Shown piece after piece: positions 59,577-64,000 of a stretch of DNA of 64,000 nucleotides (position 1 is the first letter of the stretch; each line of letters starts with the position of its first letter). The notes beneath the pieces are model-generated. The model made no database searches. It saw only the letters and a list, made by a program, of their open reading frames with translations, and was not told where the DNA came from. Position numbers and translations under genes: made by a program. This stretch comes from Podarcis filfolensis (taxonomy: Eukaryota), in assembly GCA_964270895.1 (NCBI GenBank), contig OZ185438.1, one strand, 5' to 3'.

Positions 59577-62243
59577 GGCGCACCCCAGCCAGGTCTGGGG
59601 GCGGGGGGTGTTGAGGAAAAAGGTCGCCTCGTCACGGGAGAAGTGTACCAAGACTCAAGCGTACCGCATGCAATCGTCGCCCTTTTTGGTACTTGGCGGT
59701 CGCGGCGTTTCCGCAGAGAGAGAGAAAGAGAGACGCGAGAGAGAGAGAGGAGTTCAAAGGGGAGAGCGCTGACCTTAGCCTCGGCTCCGGAGATGCCGCC
59801 GCGGAGTCGCTCCGGCGTCGCTTGTAGCGTGTCCTCTCCAAAGCGAGCCACTCTCAGTCTGGGTGGGCGAGAAAAGTTTGCCAACCTCCGAGCCCAAGGG
59901 GGGGAGGAGAGAGACCCGGGCTGCCCCACGTCGGACAATCCGGCCACCGGCGGACCTCGGCAGGGCAGCTGGGGCTGCGCGGGTTGGAAGGGGGGAGAGC
60001 GAGACCTACGGTCACCCCGCTTGGCTACCGCTTGGGCTCAGCACCCCGCCAGCAGCAGGCTCCCTCCGGCTGCCCGACGGCTCGGCTCTGGCAGCGCCAT
60101 GTTGCTGGTGTGGCTGCTCCGGGCTGGGCTCGACGGCTCCTGGCGACGGCGCCTACATGCTCTTTCTTCCCTGGCTAGAGCCCCGCGTCCTGGCGGCGGC
60201 GGCGGCGTGTGCGTGTGTGTGGCTGGGCTGGCTCTGGGGATTTAATCCACCGGGAAAGCCGCTCTTCCTCACCTTGCCGCTGGGAGAGCAGGCTCCGTCT
60301 GCTGCACGCTGCCCCCCTTCGCCCTCCTCCTCCACCGCCTCCTCCTTCCCTTCCCCGCCCTCTCCTCTTTCCCCTCCCCTCCCCCCGGCGGGCTCAGCAC
60401 TCAGGGAGCCGCCGCCAGTAGAGGCAGCGGCAGCAGCAGCAGCGGCACAGCCACCTCCACTCCGCTCTCCCAAGCAGCAGCGAGGCTTCTCTTTCCCCCG
60501 CGCTCTCCCGGAGCTGCCTCTTTTCTTTCCTTTTTTCCCTTTCTCCAAGGCTTTTCGCTTTCTCTCCTTAATTGATTCCCCCTCCACTCCGCGGCGTTTC
60601 CTGGCTGCTTTCCCCCCCCTTCCCCTCTCTCTCCTCCTCGCTCTGCTTGCCTTGCCCTGCCCTGCCTGAGGGCGCCCTGAGGAGACTCCGCTCTCCTTTT
60701 TGACCAGGCGAGGTGGAAAAAAGGGGGAAAGTCTCTTCCCGCCCCCTCGCCAGACTCCCTGCTCGGCTCGGCTCGCTACCCAGAAGGCCAGTGGAGAGAG
60801 AGCCGCAATTACCATAAAGCTCCTCTCCCTCCGCTTCGCCAAGCTGTCAAAGCCCCGGCAGCAGCGGCAACGGCAGCAGCAGGCGCAGCCAGACCCCCGC
60901 CAGCCCGCCCGCCCGCCCGGCTTCCTCTCCTTTTTTCGCCCGCGGCAGAAGGCTTCGCTCTCCCCCTTCGGCGACCTCCTCGCCAAGCCGAGAGAGCGCG
61001 GGCTCTTCTCCGCCTCAATATCGGCTTCTCGCAAGAGCACCTTCCCGCGTGTCGCGCGTGTGTTGTTCGCGACCCCTTTTCTCCCTTTTCCTCAGCCCTT
61101 CATTAAGTGTCTTTTCAAACAGGGGGGTGAGAGAGAAGGAGAAGCCCTCCACCTCGTAAACGGCATCCTCATAACCTTGTATGAGGCGGAAGGAGGACGG
61201 CGCTGCCTATTCATTCCCCCTCCCCTCACGCGCCTAATATATAAATATATTTCCTCAGGTGTGGAAAACCGCGCTCTTCCTCCTTCCCCCCACGTTCATC
61301 TGCCTCTCTTTGCGTTTCCCTGAGAACCCCAAATGGGCTGTTTCTTTGTTCCCCTCCCCCTCCCTCCCCTTCCCCCCACCCGCGCGCGTTCCATTGTCGC
61401 GCACAGCCTGCCCAAAGTGGAACGTCTTCTTCGCGTTCTCTCTCTCTCTCTCTCTCCCCCAGTCTTATCTGGCCACCACTCTTCCCCTGGGGGGAAAATG
61501 CCTCCCCGCCCTCTCTTTTCTTTCCTTTTTTTAGATAACTGTGTGGTGTCCCGCTTTCATCCCAACCTGTATTTAAAGACTCCCTCCAAACGAGCAATTT
61601 CCCTTTATCTCTCCTTTCCAGAAGCACGCAAGCCACCGTTCCCCTCCAGTGTACCCCCTGCACCCACGACTCTTCAACATCCTTCATTTTACCACCAGTC
61701 GCTGTTTTCATACTCCGACGTGGGGCTTTCTTTCTCGCCCCTTTGCCCTCGAGCCTTTCTGGGTGAGGAGAACCATTCGGTTCTCAAGAAGCTACTTTCC
61801 GGAGTGCCCCCAAAACCGATTCCCTTCCCATTGGTGCCTAAACAAGGCACCGCGTGGTTCCCACCTCTGAAACTCCCAAACACGTTTTTTTGTCACGGCG
61901 TGTGAATCGCTTGGGAAGGTGGGGCGAGAGGGGTTCCCCCCCCCCCTTCGCTGTAATTCTAGTACCGGCTGGAGATTTCTCTGTCGGCCTTTTGATCTCT
62001 CGCTCGCCGGGATGGTCGTTATCTTGCGTATCTACTTACTTTGGTAGCGCTGACTCGGCAGGTCAGCTAGTAAATGTCGGGTTCAGGACGCCCCATCTTG
62101 ACTGATCCTCGCTTGTTCGGTTCTCCCTCGCACAGCGCGTGATTCTTTATGGCTTTCCTAGCGATTGCTGGAATTAACAGCAAGGCGCCGGCTACAAGAT
62201 TTAACCCTATAGACTTCGGGAAGTGGTGGTGTGTGTTGGGGGT

Positions 62244-62261
62244 GCGCGCGCGCGCGCGCGC
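62244..62261. repeat. (GC)9 perfect alternating repeat
   Basis: Read directly. Confidence 0.95.
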
Positions 62262-64000
62262 CCCCTCGCTCATTCAGGGACACTTCTTTAACCAGGATGG
62301 TGTGTGCAGCATCAGGGGGGGGGGGAAATCACTGGCTCCCACTGCAGTCCTCCTCTCTGCACGTTTACTTCGTAGTAAGCCTCACTGAACACAGTGAAAC
62401 TTGCTTCTAAGGAAACGTGCCACAGGATTGCGCTGTAGAGGTATCGGGTCCCTACTCGCGAGAGTGCAGCTTCCACAGGGTAATCCGACAGGTAATCCAA
62501 ACATGCTTGTCAGGAAAGTTTGGGGTCCCGGATTTATCTGATTCGGATTAGACGTGTCTAGGTTTTTAGCTGTAAGAGGGGAGCGTGGGGGGAGGGGAGC
62601 ACAAACCAGCCGGGTGGAATTGAATGGAATTTTATTGTCACTGACTACAGAGGTGATTATACCAAGCCCTCGCTCTTAATTTTCGCTCCAGCGTCCTTAA
62701 AACACTCTTATGTTGCCTGCATAAGCTGTTTATACCTAGGTAAGTATGCTAGGAGCTGCGGCATCCCGAGCGATTAGCTATTTCAACGCCGACGAGCGCG
62801 CCAGCCTGTTCATCGCGAAGTCCAGGAATCTGTGGGAAAGAAGGGGAAATGTTTAAACCCGGTCCCTAGCAACATTTGCCTTGATTAAAAAAGTTGCTTA
62901 CTCAGTATGCAGTTTCCTTCTTTAATTATGCGAATCTCTTACGTTTTAATGGAAAGCAGGAGATTCTTAAAAGTAGAGTCTGCTAGAAGGATTTGGAAAC
63001 CTAAACCCCAAGTTCTTATCTCATGCATAATCGCTTGATTGTTTTGATACCTATTTCTAGCCAGAAAGCTAATATTCTGTTGGATTTTATTTTTAGCTTG
63101 CATCTATACAAGAGAGAGGGAGGCGTGGAAAGCCTCCTCTTCGCTTTCAAAGCAGAAGTGAAAGATATCTACCGTTTGTAACCCGAAACGCTGGGCACAC
63201 AAGCTTTTCAGCTTCTTAAAACCAGCTGATAGAAATGGCAAAAAGGCATTGCTTTCCCAAGCTGGAGGGTAAATACTCTTAAGGGGGAGGGGAGGGGAGA
63301 GTAAAGAAACAAGTTGCCAATGAAGTGTGTGCATTGCAAATGCGTCGGGAAGGTTTTCCTCCAGAGGTGCCTGGAAGTGGAGTTTAAAATCCGATATGGA
63401 GGGGGTGGGTTGCATATTGTTCCCAGTTTATGAGCTTTGCATCTGAAAACCATCCTACACGTTTTTTCAATCTCCGGCAACGAGTGCAAGGACACCTGGC
63501 CCATTACATTGTAAAGCTATTTTTTATAAAGACGTTTTAGGGCTAGACATTAAAAGTTATTAGACGGAGCACACGTGAGGTACAGACATGCAGCTGGATG
63601 GCGGTGGGGGTGGAAGGCCTCTGTTAGATACATATGCATTCCCCCCGTATCCAGAGATAAAAAAGGGAAAACTGGGAGAAGGAAGTCCTTGTCGAAATGT
63701 CCTGCTTTTACTTTCACTTCTTTTGCTGGAAAAGCAAGTGTAGATGTTTGCTTGCAAAGTGGGTCGATTCTGTATTTAAAACTGTTTTAAAATCATATCC
63801 GTTTAATTTTCTGAGGAACCTTTGAATATGGTCACGACAGCATGTGCGGAGGCTCTAGCACAAAAAAACCATTCCGAGTCTCTGAGTGTGTATGGTCGAG
63901 CCTTCAGAAAAGGAAAGGACAAATTCCTTAAAAATAAAATAAAAAATACAGTGGAAATACTGAACCTGCCTGCCGAGCAACACAACTGAGTCGAAGTCCT

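Larger units (their letters stand above)
54950..62900. promoter_or_regulatory. CpG-island cluster 4 (densest at about 58.3-62.3 kb); candidate distal BCOR promoter and non-coding first exon(s)
   Basis: Highest GC/CpG density in the window, with GCG/CAG runs, G-rich tracts, (GC)9 and no recognisable retroposons. Confidence 0.75.

Noticed and set aside
59063-61905. Many long overlapping ORFs (up to 295 aa) in the distal island
   Set aside because: They occur on both strands and in all frames, with low-complexity Arg/Gly/Pro/Ala content reflecting GC richness and microsatellites. No protein family is recognisable.
1-64000. CRISPR arrays, operons, phage or defence systems
   Set aside because: There are no regularly spaced direct repeats with unique spacers and no prokaryotic gene density. 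The sequence is spliced vertebrate genomic DNA.

Overview
This is vertebrate genomic DNA, most likely from a lacertid lizard (inferred from a full-length Sauria-type SINE and associated MITE, L2 and CR1 repeats). It contains the 5' two-thirds of the BCL6 corepressor gene BCOR on the minus strand. Six coding exons are visible, equivalent to human exons 2, 3, 4, 6, 7 and 8 (ATG at 21736, last visible exon ends at 777), and all have canonical AG/GT boundaries that splice in frame. The 54-nt exon 5 is not visible and probably lies in the N-gap at 14635-14782; exons 9 onward are outside the window. Upstream (about 23.4-62.9 kb) is a roughly 40-kb cluster of CpG islands, probably alternative promoters and non-coding first exons, separated by TE-rich AT-richer spacers. 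I found no prokaryotic system, CRISPR array, functional tRNA/rRNA gene or second protein-coding gene; the other ORFs are antisense shadows, GC-rich chance ORFs or decayed LINE fragments. I did not find a convincingly new biological system. The best leads are a conserved alternative acceptor that deletes the AF9-binding motif, a MITE-derived perfect U1 site that may create a poison exon, recurring TALE/HOX/octamer motif clusters including an inverted PBX-PKNOX pair, an intronic RFX cluster and two long hairpins. Human exon sizes and motifs are quoted from memory and were not checked against a database.
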